A stretch of DNA of 64,000 nucleotides from Eledone cirrhosa (GCA_964016885.1 OZ024745.1:116312001-116376000), one strand, 5' to 3'; counted from the stretch's first letter, positions 39,942-55,116 are shown. Translations and numbers: made by a program. The notes: a model not told the origin generated them from the sequence alone.

Positions 39942-40168
39942 CAGGGGTTTTTAACCTTGCTTTTTTTCAGAAGGCTCTTCGTGATATGGTGAAGGGTTAG
40001 CGCCATCTATTATAACATTTCACTGGTAGGCGGCTACAAATGTTAGATAGACCGTGCAATGACGTATTCATTGATAAGACAGTTTTATTTTATTTGTATT
40101 ACTTTTTCTGATTATTCCAAACTTAAGTTGACAAAATAGAATATCAGACACCAAAGTTAAAAAGCTCT
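39942..40168. mobile_element. Old hAT-type MITE
   Basis: CAGGGGTTTTTAAC ... GTTAAAAGCTCTA imperfect TIRs, preceded by CTCTAGTT; TSD decayed. Confidence 0.45.
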
Positions 40169-40337
40169 ACTAATATGTTAAATTACAAACAAAACATTGT
40201 GTACAACAGTAATGAGGAATTTTAATTTTTGTATCTTTCACTAAATTGTAAAGAACATAACCCATTTCGGCGAATGTTGCATTGATTGACTATTTTTCTC
40301 ATTCATCTTAAACTTTGTTATTCACAGTTGTATAAAT

Positions 40338-40487
40338 GATTTCTAGTATAGGCAAAAGGCCAGTAATTTAGGGGAGGGGATATTCGATTAAATCAACCCT
40401 AGCACGTTAGTGGTGCTTTATTTTATCGACCGCGTAAAGATGCAAGGCATAGTAAACCTCGGCGGGATTTGAACTCAGACCGTAAAA
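40338..40487 (-). mobile_element. 5'-truncated family A SINE with TSD TCACAGTTGTATAAAT
   Basis: Consensus match and 16-bp flanking duplication. Confidence 0.85.
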
Positions 40488-40699
40488 CTCACAGTTGTAT
40501 AAATAACATTACAAATATTCACAAATTTGGTTTAATAACCATTGTTGATTACATAAATATGACAGAAAGATAAAAGCAAATTTAAGCAATGAGAAAATGA
40601 GGAAAGGGTAAAATGGGCAGATTTGGTTGTATGGGAAAGTAGAGGAAAGGATTATTAAAGCCATGAATAAGAAGAAAAGGAGGGGAAAAACAATGACTC

Positions 40700-41050
40700 T
40701 AGGGCTACAGAACAAAAGGAGTGAGAGGGGAGAGGGTGAAGGGGAGAGGGTGAAGGGTTGTGGGCCTAGGGTGCGGTAGTACTGGGGCTACACCCCCCAG
40801 ACAAAACTGCAAAAGCATTTCCATGAACAATGGCCGCTGCAATAGCCACCCCCACATCGTGGGGCTCCTTCCTCAGACGGGCAGTATGGAGTCCGAGAAC
40901 GCCTGAGGTCTCGACGGCGACTGGTGCGAAGAAGAAGCGGCCGCACAATCTCCGATATTTGTTTGTCTTCCTTTTCTCTGTATTGTGGGTCGCAGTACCG
41001 GGGTTTGTGGCCGAGGCGACTGAGCTAGAGGCGGAGAACCAGCCTGAATA
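40700..41050 (-). mobile_element. 3' fragment of a CRE-like non-LTR element (restriction-like endonuclease C-terminus)
   Basis: SASSSVASATNPGTATHNTEKRKTNKYRRLCGRFFFAPVAVETSGVLG...AAAIVHGNAFAVL matches the K..KY..L...F.P.AVET.G..G...GNA pattern. Confidence 0.7.
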
Positions 41051-41671
41051 AAAGTAACGCTACAAATTCAACTGAAAAATTAAGATGAAACCTTCAATTT
41101 GTTTCTCAGAGTTAAGTCAAATGCATTTCCTTATAACAATAGAATTTATTTGTTCGAGTTTTTCTTAAATTACGTCTTCGCTGTATATTCTTAGAAGACC
41201 TTGGAAGCTTTAGAAGGTGAAATATATAAATACATGAAGAGAAGACGGTGTAGCTAAAACAACGACCAGAAAAGAAGCTAACTTTCAGTCGTGTCATCAT
41301 ATATTTTCATTCTTTCCTTATCAAAAAATATTTCCAGACAAAATAACACCATATCAAAATTAATGAAAGATAACTGTACCAATTTGTTCCACTCTAATTT
41401 GGACGTATGTACTGATAAATATAAAATGATAGCTTATCTAGCAGCAATCTCAAATTAGTTTGTTTCCACGAACACTATTCCCTGTTAAAGACATTCTTTA
41501 TTGAATTAGAGTATAGGGCAGACGAAATGACAAGGATGTATTTCTTAAAATCATTTATTTCGAATTATGACTACATTAATTATTTCAGTTAATAATTTTA
41601 TGCAAACATTCTTCTATTAATAACACAATTTTTTTTACTACAGTTAAATTGGCACACACACACACACACAC

Positions 41672-41722
<51 letters not shown>

Positions 41723-41820
41723 CACACACACACACACACACACGTATATATATAATATATATATATATTGAATTCGTTCCTGCAGGGGTCATTTAAGAAA
41801 AGTCTTCGTCCAAATGAGTT

Positions 41821-41904
41821 TGTTTCCTGATGATTTCGAAGCTCGTGAATTTATCCTTGATCGGATATTTCCAAAAGCGAATGAAACCCAATGGGGTAGA
41901 AACG
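41821..41904 (+). ncRNA. Type I hammerhead ribozyme candidate with 4-bp stem III
   Basis: Stem I TGTTTC/GAAACG; CTGATGA 41827-41833; stem II base TTCG/CGAA; GAAACCC-AATG-GGGTA; GUA cleavage after 41898. Confidence 0.65.
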
Positions 41905-42205
41905 TAATCTTGGTATGTTTATATACATTTTTTCTTCTAATTTTAGTTTTATACCTAATTGTGTATGGTTGACGATATATTTAATCGATTTCCACGTGCT
42001 ATTGAAATGCTGGGTAAATATTCTATAGCTGTTGATCGCGAATAGATGGCTGTCGTTTATTTATCTATTATTTCTTCATAGGTGCCTTTTAATCTTATAG
42101 CCTGGTTTAATAGGTTTTTTGTGTGATTGATTATGCTGATTAGGAGAGGAGATGGTGTATATATCTTATCAAATGATTCTATGGACATACTTTATTGTAC
42201 TTTAT

Positions 42206-42247
<42 letters not shown>

Positions 42248-42530
42248 TCATTGTATTTAGTTATTTTGTTGCGTTTTATTCCCATTTCGTATTTGATTAT
42301 CCATAAGTACAGACACAAATAGCCCTCCCCAAACTCACACAGATCATATACAGTTTCGTGATCTGATGTCAGGGAATATTCATGTCTATCATCTGTTCCC
42401 CTTATTTTTGAAGATAATATTGCCAATGACGAGACTCTTAATAAAAAGAACTGAAGAAAACACTACTTTAAAACAATAGCGTAAGGTCTTCAAAATGCTT
42501 TTAATTACGCATACAGTGTATTGCAAAATA

Positions 42531-42609
<79 letters not shown>

Positions 42610-44102
42610 GTTTCTGAATTTGTTTAGCAAGATTCTTTATCTGAAAACGTGTATGAAACCGATATTGTTATACTTTGGGAGGGTCATGTTTCCAATGAGA
42701 AACACACGCACTAGTTGCTTCAGTCCAAATTTATTATAAATTAAAAAAATATATTTCAAGAAAAGAAAATTTTCTTAAAAAATGTTTTTTTTTAACTTTT
42801 ATAAATTTCCGGTTGGTTAGTTGGTTTGTTCCACAACCGGACAGTTGTTCATATATTGTCAAAGTTCTTTCGTCACACATTCTGTGACCTCTTCGGTGAC
42901 TGGGGATTATTTTCTTTTTTTGTGCCTCTCGTTTGTTCTGTCCTACGCCATCTAGTTTTGTGTGTGTTGTGTGCTTACTTTGCGCATGTGTTACATCCGG
43001 GTGTCTGTGTGTTGTTTTATTTGTTTATTTATTTGTCTATTTACATGTTACTGGTTGTTTGTTTGTTCTATGTGTGTGTGTTATCATTTTGTCCTTAATT
43101 GTAAGTTGTGATGTTGCTTATACCATTCATGTTTTCTATTTAATTTTGGTTGGAGTTCATTTATGTTTATTGCCTCTGTGATTCGTCTAAACATTGCGTC
43201 TTTTCTGTGTGTAGATTTTATTTTTATTTCTATGTTTTCTAATTTGCCCTTATGTTCTATTTTAGCATGTTGGTGGAGTATTGATGATTCTTTTATATCT
43301 TGAAGCTCTCGCTAGTGTTCATTTAACCGTTCTCCTATACTACGAGCTGTCTCACCTATGTACACTATATTCTTATCTTTACATTGCCCTTCAGTACATC
43401 TTATGCTATATACTATGTTTCTCGTTTTACAGTTAATATGGGGGTTTAGTTTAGAGATTATGCATTTCCTATCTATACAGGGAGGTCTTTGAAAAGAGTA
43501 TGTATTACTAATATGTGTTTTTATGGAGGTACTTGGTATTTCTACTATCTTAATATTAAGTTTAAGTTTATCTAGGGCCCTTCTAAATTTTTAAGCTAAT
43601 TCACCCCTATGGGTTGTATTGATGACCATTACACTCTGGTATTTATTGCTATCCTACCATGAGTTTATTCTATTAACCTTATTCCAAGTTATTTCTATTC
43701 TATATGTTTAAAGTGACGAAAGACTGTGCACTGAGCCAATCCCTCTCTCTGAGCGACAATAGCAATAACCCGAAAAGAATAAAAGATCAACATCATCGGT
43801 AACTACTGAGCCGCAGGTTTTATATCGGAGTTATCCCAGTTTCCTGAGTTATCTTCTCCTAGAAGAATGCCCTGACAAAGGCTAGGGGTCCTTCACTCCG
43901 AGTGATTTAACCACGCGATCGGGTGTCCAGCCCGACTATTTCTATGTCCGCGCTCATATACATACACATGCACCTATGTATATACACATATACATACATA
44001 TGTACATGTGTATACACATATTTATACACTTTTGTATGGCCGTTGACTCTTATGATTTCTTCCACCCATATATATTCATACATACATACATATACATACA
44101 TT

Positions 44103-44184
44103 CATACATACATACATACATACATACATACATACATACATACATACATACATACATACATACATACATACATACATACATACA
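44103..44184. repeat. (CATA)n microsatellite
   Basis: Direct reading. Confidence 0.95.
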
Positions 44185-44975
44185 GGGTAGATTGCAGTAA
44201 AATGCAATTAAATATAATAGAATTAAGGGTGTAGCGTGCAAGTGAGGAAATACGTGAATTTCAGATTACCTTTGAAATATTCTTGAAACGTGGATACCAC
44301 CAACTGAGTCGATTCAATATTGTTCCTTCTATTAGAACATTTGATCATAGGGAGTGATATTTTATTAATGTAACAAATTGTGTCTTCGGCATTTTGGATA
44401 TTACTATCGGATGTAATATTAAAGTAAACAATTTTCTTTTTTTTTTTACTGAACGTCTCTACATTACAGAAATATATTTCATAAAATGATAAAATTCGAT
44501 AAAAATAATTTCAGGAACGATACAGTAAATAACGAAATACGATAATTCTAATCTAACTTTAATTCATCGTTCTTATTCATTTCCTTTTGGATATATCGTG
44601 CTGAAAGAACTCTGTTTTAAGATTGAAGTGACTTGTTGCTATTCGAAATACCGCATATTGCTACGCTCATAGGTACATTATGATTATCTTCCTATGTAAC
44701 TTTTGCTTGCATGAAAATAACTGACAAAATATAAAGAAAGACATCTACAAATATAAATATAAACTAACGTAATGCATTCTACGTTTGAAATATTAATTTA
44801 CATTCCACCAAAGGATTGCATCATAGAAGAAGCGTATTTAAAATGAGAATCGCAAATTTTATTCCATAAAGAAAATGTTCTAATATTCAGATGCATGTGC
44901 ACATATACACACTCAAAACCCCTATATATATATATATAATATATAAGATCAAAAGATGGTTAAAAGAGTTCCATG

Positions 44976-45046
44976 TATTTTATTATGCGCATTTCAAAAA
45001 CAAATATCATCATGCAATAAGATTTGCGTTTTCATCAGATAAAATA
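44976..45046 (-). ncRNA. Type I hammerhead ribozyme, same family as 29304-29374
   Basis: Reverse complement: TATTTTAT-CTGATGA-AAACGCAAATCTTATTGCATGATGATATTTGTTTTT-GAAA-TGCGCA-TA|ATAAAATA. Confidence 0.85.
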
Positions 45047-45724
45047 GGGAGACATGATATGAAGGTTAAAACACACTTGTGAATAGTGCAGTTTTAAATC
45101 AACATATGAAAAGTAGTTTTAGATTGATGTGTGATATTGGGAAAAAAATTGAGGGTGGGGGGAAAGGATGAAAAAGAGGAGGAGATGAGAGTAAAAAGTG
45201 GAGGGGGAGGAGTATAATGAGGAAGGATGAGATAGGAGGAGAGATGGGTGATAGAGAGAGAGAGATAGCTTTTATAACTGAGAAAAATATATTGTTTTAC
45301 GGTTGAAAAACCGTTGGAAGATAATATATAAATTAAAAGAATTTGAAAATTAACGAAGAGAAAAATTTAGAATAATGTTAAATTAAGGTTTGTATATTTA
45401 AGGGTTTAATAATATGTGCGATGAAAAGAAATTGTTAATATGTATTAAGAATAATATTTAAGGGTTTAATAATATGTGCGATGGAAAGAAATTGTTGATA
45501 TGTATTATTAAAAAATATAAAAATATAGCAATAGTAATGTAATTAAGGATATATTGTGAAAGAAGTAGAAGAGAGGATGAATAAGTGTAATATGTATAAG
45601 TTAGATGAGCATGAAAGGGAGAAAAATAATGAATTGAGGATGAATAATCTAACGTCAAAAAAATGTTTATGTTTACGAAGGATTTTTTTAAGGTGATATA
45701 AAGTAAGAATATATTGTGCTGTGT

Positions 45725-45914
45725 AATAATTGTTTCTACGTTAGGCACAAGGCCAGCAATTACCCAGTGCATTACTGGTACTTTATTTTATCGACTCCGT
45801 AAGGATGAAAGGTAAAGTTAACCTCAGCGTTATTTGAACTCAGATCTAAAGCGACGTAACTATGCTGGAAAGCATGGCGTCCGACCCTCTACCGATACTG
45901 CCAATCCACCGCCC
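45725..45914 (-). mobile_element. Family A SINE inside the PLE
   Basis: Full consensus match. Confidence 0.9.
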
Positions 45915-47362
45915 TTAAGTATGTGAAATAATATTAGGTTGTTTGTTACAGTCGGCAAAAGAGTTTTTAGGCATAAACTTAATCTTATTTTTATAGCCAG
46001 AATGTGATAAAGCTTCATTATAATAATGAGCTCTTAAATATATCTTCATTATAAGATAAATTACTAATTCTATTAGATGCATCTTTAGTAATTGACTTTA
46101 AGACAGATCTAGGTGTGGTTACAATTGGTGTCATCATAAAAAATTTTCTCATTAGGTTTATGGTAAGGTGTAAAGGATTTAGAATCGAAGAAAATGGTAA
46201 CATCAAGGAAATTAACAGTTTTGGTGTTCTTATCTAAAGTAATACTTAAGTTAAACCTTTTGAAGAATTTATATAGTTCCTTCTTAGTTATTTCAATTTT
46301 ATATTTTTTATAATCTAAAATAAACTAGGCATCATGGTGATATAATCCACCCTTCAGGTAAGGTAAAAACCTTATGAATTTCATTCAAAAGGTACAATCC
46401 GACTAAATCTGTGACTTGTGCAGACTCACTAGACCCCATAGTGATATCAAAATTATTCAGTTTATTCCTATGGGTCCATAATTGATCTTCAAATTTGATG
46501 ATAGTCTTGCGGGCCGCAAGAATTGCATCTACTTGGGATCTAGTTAAGTCACTATTATGCATTGCCATAACTAGAGCTTTATTTAATAAGATAGGAGAGA
46601 TGGATGTGTAATAAGCGTTAATATCGAATTGAATAAAGTTCTTAGACTTACTATCACCTATAGTACTGAACCACTCAATCACTTCCCTAGCATTACCCCA
46701 AAGGTTGAAATGTATCTTCTGTTTGATTTTTGGGAAAGTTTGGTCTAGAATTCATTTACTAATTATACCAATGTCAGACTTAGATGGACATATTAATCTC
46801 ACTGTAGGATTAGTATTAACATATTCCTTATGACCTTTTAAAGTAAATCTGGGTGGGTTTCAGGTATAAGGTTGAGTATACCTTTCAATTTACTTACAAT
46901 ATCAAAGCATTCAATATTTGTCCTCTAAGTTGTTATATATGGTTTTCTCATAATTTTTATGTAATTCCTTATATATAAATGTTCTATAAGTGTTATAATT
47001 TTGGCTATAATTATTTTTGTTTAATCAGCTAGAAATAGGATATTCGTATTTTTATTCGTCTTTAATAGTAGAATTAAGTTTTTGAGGAACTGATTATTTT
47101 TCACATAGGGTTTTCTACAGTTAATATTCTTCACGAGGATTAATAAATCGTTTTCAAAGGGTCCAATAAGACATTATGCGTTGGATTTTATATGTTTTGA
47201 AATCAATAATAGCACTTATTCTATACTGGATTTTACTTTACTGATTATATTTACTCATAATTAATTGCTTTGAATGGTTTGATTAATAATAATAACACTT
47301 TTACCTATATTTCATCATTATTTTGCTGACTGCACTCAGCCGACATTATTACCTTTGAAAAA

Positions 47363-47545
47363 TAATTGTTTCTACTTTTGGCACAAGGCCAGCAATTACC
47401 CAGTGCATTACTGGTACTTTATTTTATCGACCCCGTAAGGATGAAAGGCAAAGTCAACCTCGGCGGGATTTGAACTCAGAACGTTAAGGGACGTAACTAT
47501 GCTGGAAAGCATGGCGTCCGACCCTCTACCGATACTGCCAATCCA
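47363..47545 (-). mobile_element. Family A SINE with TSD AAAAATAAT
   Basis: Consensus match and flanking duplication. Confidence 0.9.
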
Positions 47546-48035
47546 AAAATAATAGTCTATTTCTATGACTGAAAGACACAGTCGAACTTTTTATTAAAAT
47601 ATATTTTGGAGATGTATTTTATATTCTTAAATTTATATTGAACCTGCTCTTATAAACTTTATAAACTTTTGTAATGCTTATGATATATGTTTATTTACTA
47701 ATTATGATATATGTCTTGCACTATATTTAAGTTCTTTATAACAGCATATTTCTCTATACCAACATGTCTTTTTTTATTTTTAATGCTTTTCGCAGCTCCT
47801 AATTTCTTTTTGTTGCATTTATATGCTCATATTTTTCATATGCTTCTTTTACCTTTGCTATCTTCTCTTATATGAATGCTAATAATTATTCTTACTTCAC
47901 ACATTATGTATCCTCAAAATGTTCTTTGACAAACTTCTGATATTATATTTGTGTTTTAACTAGGAGGAAACGATCGTAAGTGACTAAATGTTCTAAAACA
48001 CTCTTTGATTGTTGTTTATAAAGTATATATATATA

Positions 48036-48538
<503 letters not shown>

Positions 48539-49811
48539 ACCTAATTAGAATTTAGCTTCGAACATAGTTGTATGCATATGATTTTGAATTTCGTATTTCT
48601 AAACAAATAATGCATGTTTATAAATAAACATTTATAAAGCCATAGCTGTGAAGAACACTGGTAGCTAACGCGACCAAGTGGTGCACTGCAGAAGCAAGGG
48701 GGACAATCGTGGATGCATTTCGAACTGAACTGTTTTTCGATATGACTTCTCTCACGCTCTTGCAAGTGCTGTACTTTGAAAACAGGCGAAAATGTATGGT
48801 TTTGGGTTTGTGTAAATTCGGTGATTAATCTCATTCCCATATGAAGCTGTATAAGTTGGCTCAACTTAACATAAGCTCTTATAGAGTTAATTTCAATAAA
48901 TATATCTATTCAATATTGAATTGAATTTAATCTTTCAGGCATGAATATAATTTCTACAGAAAAAGAAACACCGTATTAAAATGTACTTCCATGACTTGCC
49001 TATTAACATTTATTTTGAATATTGATACGAATATGTATATCATGATTATAATTGTCTTTACTAAGGTTTGAAATTATCGTGGCCCACTGTCATCCAATTT
49101 ACACGCAAATTAATTGGTCTATGTTATATGAACATTTATTTCCCTCTAAGCCATCACATGTTGAATATATGTGTTTCTCAATTTTTTTTTATTTAATATT
49201 GCAGATTAGTAAGTTTCCTTCACTGCAATATCTTCAATGTTAATTCAAAATGATGAAACTTATACTTTGAGAATTAAAAACAGTTCGAATAATTCCATTG
49301 AACAATTTCAATACAAGTACACAAAATGGTGTCATGTTCAGGAAAGAATATAGAAATATATGCGATTGTGAAATCTGTAAGAGAAAGAGCTGGACAAGAG
49401 AGTGGCAGAAAGAAGGAAATATAAAAAAGCAACTAAAGAAGAAAAGGAATAGAAAGAATGAATGAATGAATGAATGAAAGAAAAAGAAAGAACAGCTATT
49501 ATTTGTCAGCACATAGATATTTGTTGCGTGTATCAGATTACAAGTAACATTTTGTTTGAAAGTATTCAACAATACGTGCCATTTGCAAGCGCACATAACC
49601 TTTAACATCAAAGTTGGTAGTATGCCTGAATCTTTGAATATTTAACTAAAACATTTTGGAACTATTTTATGTTTTTCTTAATAAAAAGAATCATATATGT
49701 GAGTGTTGTTAATTGTTACTTGAATTTAGAAAGTATAGCAATATTTATGGCAGATAATATTTTAAGGAATATGTGTTAATTATTCGACATCTTAACATCT
49801 ATATAATCAAA

Positions 49812-50063
49812 GGAGGCTCGTCAGGTGATTATCCCGGTTTCTTTGATGTGAAGTCACTGAGAGCACATACTTCCTTCTAGACAGAACGCCAGTCCATCGC
49901 AGAATTAAAACCCTAGTTATTGCTTGTATTCATATTAAGCTGTGTATCCTGGGGAAACGTGAAATTAAGTCATTTACTCCAGAAGACAACACACGACCTA
50001 ACCCGGAAATCGAATACCCGACATTGTGATGTCCAATACCCTTATTACTAAGCCGCGCGCCTC
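49812..50063 (-). mobile_element. Family B SINE, diverged
   Basis: Colinear with 14500-14757; reverse-complement head GAGGCGCGCGGCTTAGTAATAAGG, TTCGATTTCC. Confidence 0.75.
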
Positions 50064-50467
50064 GACTACACATCCTAAAATAAATATGTAAAAAGAAATA
50101 TATCAAAATACCATAATTACTTCTGTATACTACTAACACATACAATATTGATATAGCGAGAATAGGAATAACACTGGCCTCAGTTTCATTTCATCTAAGT
50201 ATCGGAAGCGAGAAATCTGTAATATGAAACCCTTTTGATTATTGTTCTACAAATTCTTCCCTTTCATTACACTATTTAAATAAGAATACTTTCAGTGCAA
50301 AGGGACCATTCCATTCAAATCCGTCGATTCTATCATCTCATGTCATTGGCTGATATTTGATTTTTTCAACACAAGAATAAGGTAAACAATGGTGAGATTT
50401 ACATTTATAATGCAAATAAAAGTAAATAAATAATACAAGGTAGTTTTTGTAACTCTACCCATTCTGA

Positions 50468-50656
50468 TAATTGTTTCTACTCTAGGCACAAGGCCACCAA
50501 TTACCCAGTACATTACTGGTACTTTATTTTATCGAGCCCGTAAGGATGAAAGGCAAAGTTGGCCTCGGCGGGATTTGAACTCAGAATGGAAGGGGCGTAA
50601 TTCTATGCGTCAAAGCTTGACGTCCGACCCTCTACCAATACTGCCAATCCACCACC
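50468..50656 (-). mobile_element. Family A SINE with TSD CCCATTCTGATAAT
   Basis: Duplication at 50458-50471 and 50656-50669. Confidence 0.92.
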
Positions 50657-51889
50657 CCATTCTGATAATAATTAGACATTAGACAAAAAAGGAGAAATTA
50701 TAGTGAAATTTAGAAAACAACTTTGTTTTGTACATACTCAGTAATCTCATAATTTGTCCAAGATCAAATCCTATAGAACTAGACTAAAAACATCTCAAAT
50801 AACACATCCATGGTTTATCCTTATTAGATTGGACAATTAATTCTGTGTCATACTTTGGCTTTATCAACCCTATACTATAGCTTTCTATCAATGACAGCTG
50901 GAGTATTGAAAGTATTACCGCTCTAAACAACTGCAATTCTGTAAACATCCTTTAGATAGAATGAAATTATAAATTCAACTCATAAGAGCAATTGACACAC
51001 ATCTCGACTATGAAAGGAACACATTTAATACCAGTTTTCAATTTGAACAGTCAATTTACCTGAGTGTAGAAGAAACACACGTTCAGCTTCTGGTGTAGAA
51101 TTAAGAAACAAGCATTTTTTATTACGTACTGCTTTATTTAATGTGAATATATTGCTCTGAATGTGAGTTTTTCAATGCTGAATTACACCAACTTTATTGC
51201 AGAACACATTAAATACAAAACCTACATTAAACATAGAATTGGGAAAGACGTGAATTCTGCTTTAAATGTCAATGCCTCACCTTGATTTAATACCTACTAT
51301 GTTGTAGAGAAAACGGCCATATCGGTTGTAATACTAGGGTTTACAACAGAAAGTATTTATTTAGAATACACAATTACAATTTGCATCATGTTAGGTAAGG
51401 TTTTATTAACTACCGTTGTTGAAATAATCTACCAGTACAATGATATTAATAATTCATTGAACAAATTAGCAGTTGTCATTATTTGAAATATGTTAGTTCC
51501 GAAGCCGAATACACCAGAAAACTGTTAAGATAGTGAAGGAGACACTAGGTGGCCGGTCGACTAGTTAGGCTAATCCCACTTATATCAAAATCTACCATTT
51601 TAGAGATGGTCATATTAACGGATGTGGCATTGAAGACAACTGAATAGAATCGCGGCTGTAATAACCTCTGAACATAGGTGTCATGTTTTTAAGACTGACC
51701 AGTGTTTAAACAATAACAACAATTAGAAAACAGAGTAAATTATTTAAATATTCTATTTGTTTCTTTTCCTCTCTCTCTCTCCCTCTTTATTTCGCTGCTC
51801 TGTATTATATTTGTTATTTTACTTTGAGCTAATCTCATACTTGTAATTTGATAATATTTAACATCACCCACATTGTTTGAATATATATG

Positions 51890-51992
<103 letters not shown>

Positions 51993-52951
51993 ATAGAAGA
52001 GCTTCTACAGGACTAGTACTGTTTCATTCGTGAGAAAGTATCAGATATATATATAGTAATAATAATAAATGCGAAGACTAAAATCGAAAGAGGGCTCGAT
52101 AAGGATAAATATATCAAATATATAGGAACCCTAGAGCAAATATTTATTAAAATAACAGATTAAAGTTTAAGCAAAGAATCGCAGCTTTCACCCTTAACGG
52201 GATCTTCTGAAACTGAAAAAAATCAATCTGTGGACGCAGAAGTAAATATTTCAAAAAATGTTGCAACCGAAGGAAAACATGAAGACAATACTTTGGTTCG
52301 TGAGGACGTTCTTTGACAATAAACGGAAAAAAGCGAAGATAATACGTCGTTATGTGGAGCGCGGAGAACAATTAAACGCAAAGAGAAAACCACGTTTATG
52401 GTATAAATGGAGTCATTAGACTAATATTCTATTTAGGAAACCGAATGATTCTCGGCTTCGGAGTTAAGAATAAAGTAAATAAATTAGTTGAACGAAAATG
52501 ACAGAGGTTAATAAAATCATGAAATAATAATCATTAAATATATACATACACACAGCTATATACCTACATACACGTGCATATGTGAAAACACACGCCATGC
52601 ATGCATATAAGTGCGCGTACAGATAAACATGCACACACGTACGTAAACTGGCGCGACACATATATCCCGCACACATACGAACGTATATAAATATATGTGT
52701 GTATACATATAATTATATATACATATATAAATATACATTCATAAATGCGTATATAACGCACACACACATGTCTACAGGTAAATATCCATATGTTCACCAA
52801 ACGTACATATACCAAAATCCTATGTACACATATACACGCCATATATACGTGCAAACACACATACACACTCATACATACCCATACAATAACTCATACACAT
52901 ATCCAACCCTAATCCATATATATATATATGGATTATCGTTGGATATGTGTA

Positions 52952-53030
<79 letters not shown>

Positions 53031-53046
53031 ATAATATATACATACA

Positions 53047-53077
<31 letters not shown>

Positions 53078-53314
53078 TTATACATACATATACATACACA
53101 TATACACACATATACATGTATACCTATATACATATACATATATAAATATACATATACATACATACGTACACGCATACATATTTATACAGAAACACCCACA
53201 TATATAAATGGATGTCTATATGAATCCACACACGCAAAACAAATATAATACACGTACATAGACATACACATACATGCATACCCATACATCCACACACACG
53301 AACACACGCACCCC

Positions 53315-53387
<73 letters not shown>

Positions 53388-53719
53388 TATATGCACACAC
53401 ACATATATACACATATATACAATATACACAAAACAAATATACACACATACACATACACACGCATATACGCATACAAATATACACCCACAAACACGAAATA
53501 CACTTATACACATAACCATACACACACATAACAGTATATACAACATATATAACATATAGAAGCATATATATACCTACGAAAAAGTATACGTACGGGTAAC
53601 CATACGTACAATCATATGGGTAAAGTATACCTATCTATGCAAAGAAGTAATGGTATAAATATAACATATACTTAGTTACCACATCAAGACCTAAAATACC
53701 CGCGTATTGTTCTTCCTAT

Positions 53720-54900
53720 TCGTTAGCGTATAATGTGGGTCTGTAATACAGGAAAGTTTTATGCAATCTTTGTTTTCAAGCTGAAATTGCCTCAGAGATT
53801 TTGTTTAAGATGCGATCATTGGTGTAGAATATTTCCAGCGCTTCAACGGCGCAAAGATTGCAAGGTCTTTCATTTCTGTTATACGATCTAGCTTTAGCTA
53901 GGATCTCCCAGTGTAACCTATATTGGGTGTGGTTGTCGTTTAGACTCCAGATATAAGCTGAAAGTGACGTCATATTCCTTCTTAAAGGGTTAAGAAAAGA
54001 ATGGGTGTGCATGTAAAGACGCTGCTTGAATCTATTGGCGGTTAACCCTATGTAGGCCCTACTAGACGTCGGTGTGTTAACCTTACATTTGTAGACAATG
54101 TTACCGGAGAGGCATTTCCCGGATAGCGGGCAGTTAATCCGATTCCTACAATTAGAGTTAGGACTAGCTACAGGGTTTCACGTGTTACTACGGCTAGATA
54201 ATTTAGCTAAATTTGAAGCAGTGATGCTATGTGTAAAGTTAGGAGTTGTGGAATAAGATATTTAACAGTATTTCTATTAAAGATGTTACTATATTGGTGT
54301 GCTGAGGGGAAATGCTTCTTAATAAGGGAGAGAAATAGTTTAGCTAATGGTGGGGCCACCTCATTTTATATGGTGGGTTATACCATATAATGCGTCGGGA
54401 TATATTTTTCCTAGGTTTATGCTCATACTTAGGATATGCTAACTTATCGACAAATCCACTCCAAGCAAGAGCTTCTTTGTAATATGTGGAATGGTCGGTG
54501 AAAATATTCTCGTTTATAGAAAGACGAGAAAGCCTCAAAGAAACGTTTCTTACCAGGTTCTTGGTTATGCTGACAGGATGGTTACAATGCTTACTGGTGT
54601 AATTAAGTGTATCATTCGGCTTTCTATACGGGTAGTGCAAGCCATTCGAGAAATTGAGCGTAACGTTGAGGTAGTTTTCGACCGAAAGGTTAGCCTCAAC
54701 TGGTATGGAGAGGTTGAAGCCTTTAATGCTCGGGGACCGCACTTTGGCATGGTCAAAAGCCGTCATCGCTGTACTAGCCGCCACCGACATTATGGAATTC
54801 TTCCTTGATAGAGAAAGGATGGAAAAGGCCGAATGGGGTACTGCAGTTCTGTTTGCATGCCAATGCAAGAGCGAGAACGAGGGGTTCATTCTATTGAGAT
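53720..54900 (-). mobile_element. Penelope-like element fragment: RT C-terminal half and GIY-YIG
   Basis: GG*YSDDGF; [29 protein letters not shown]; [10 protein letters not shown]; NCRNRINCPLSGKCLSGNIVYKCKVNTPTSSRAYIGLTANRFKQRLYMH..SF; CNLCAVEAL. Confidence 0.9.
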
Positions 54901-54997
54901 GGCTTATAAAAGAGGGTGTTTGCATAATTGCAAACGAATCGAATATTATTATTAATATTAAAAAAACTGAGATTACATTTATTATACACACACACAC

Positions 54998-55088
<91 letters not shown>

Positions 55089-55116
55089 CATATATATTTA
55101 TATATATGTTTACAAA

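Larger units (their letters stand above)
44935..47340 (-). mobile_element. Penelope-like element: decayed RT plus 3' region with HHR, endonuclease not seen
   Basis: PTVRLICPSKSDIG, FIQFDINAYYTSIS, FDITMGSSESAQVTDLVGLYLL, GLYHHDA (YRDD-like), YYNEALSHSGY; 3' end abuts (TA)n. Confidence 0.85.

Noticed and set aside
43865-43945. Hammerhead-like CTGACAAAGGCT...AGCCCGAC
   Set aside because: Both core halves deviate; cannot be told from chance.
52000-52045. Minus-strand hammerhead 3' half GAAACAGTACTAGTC
   Set aside because: No matching CUGANGA or stem I 5' strand.
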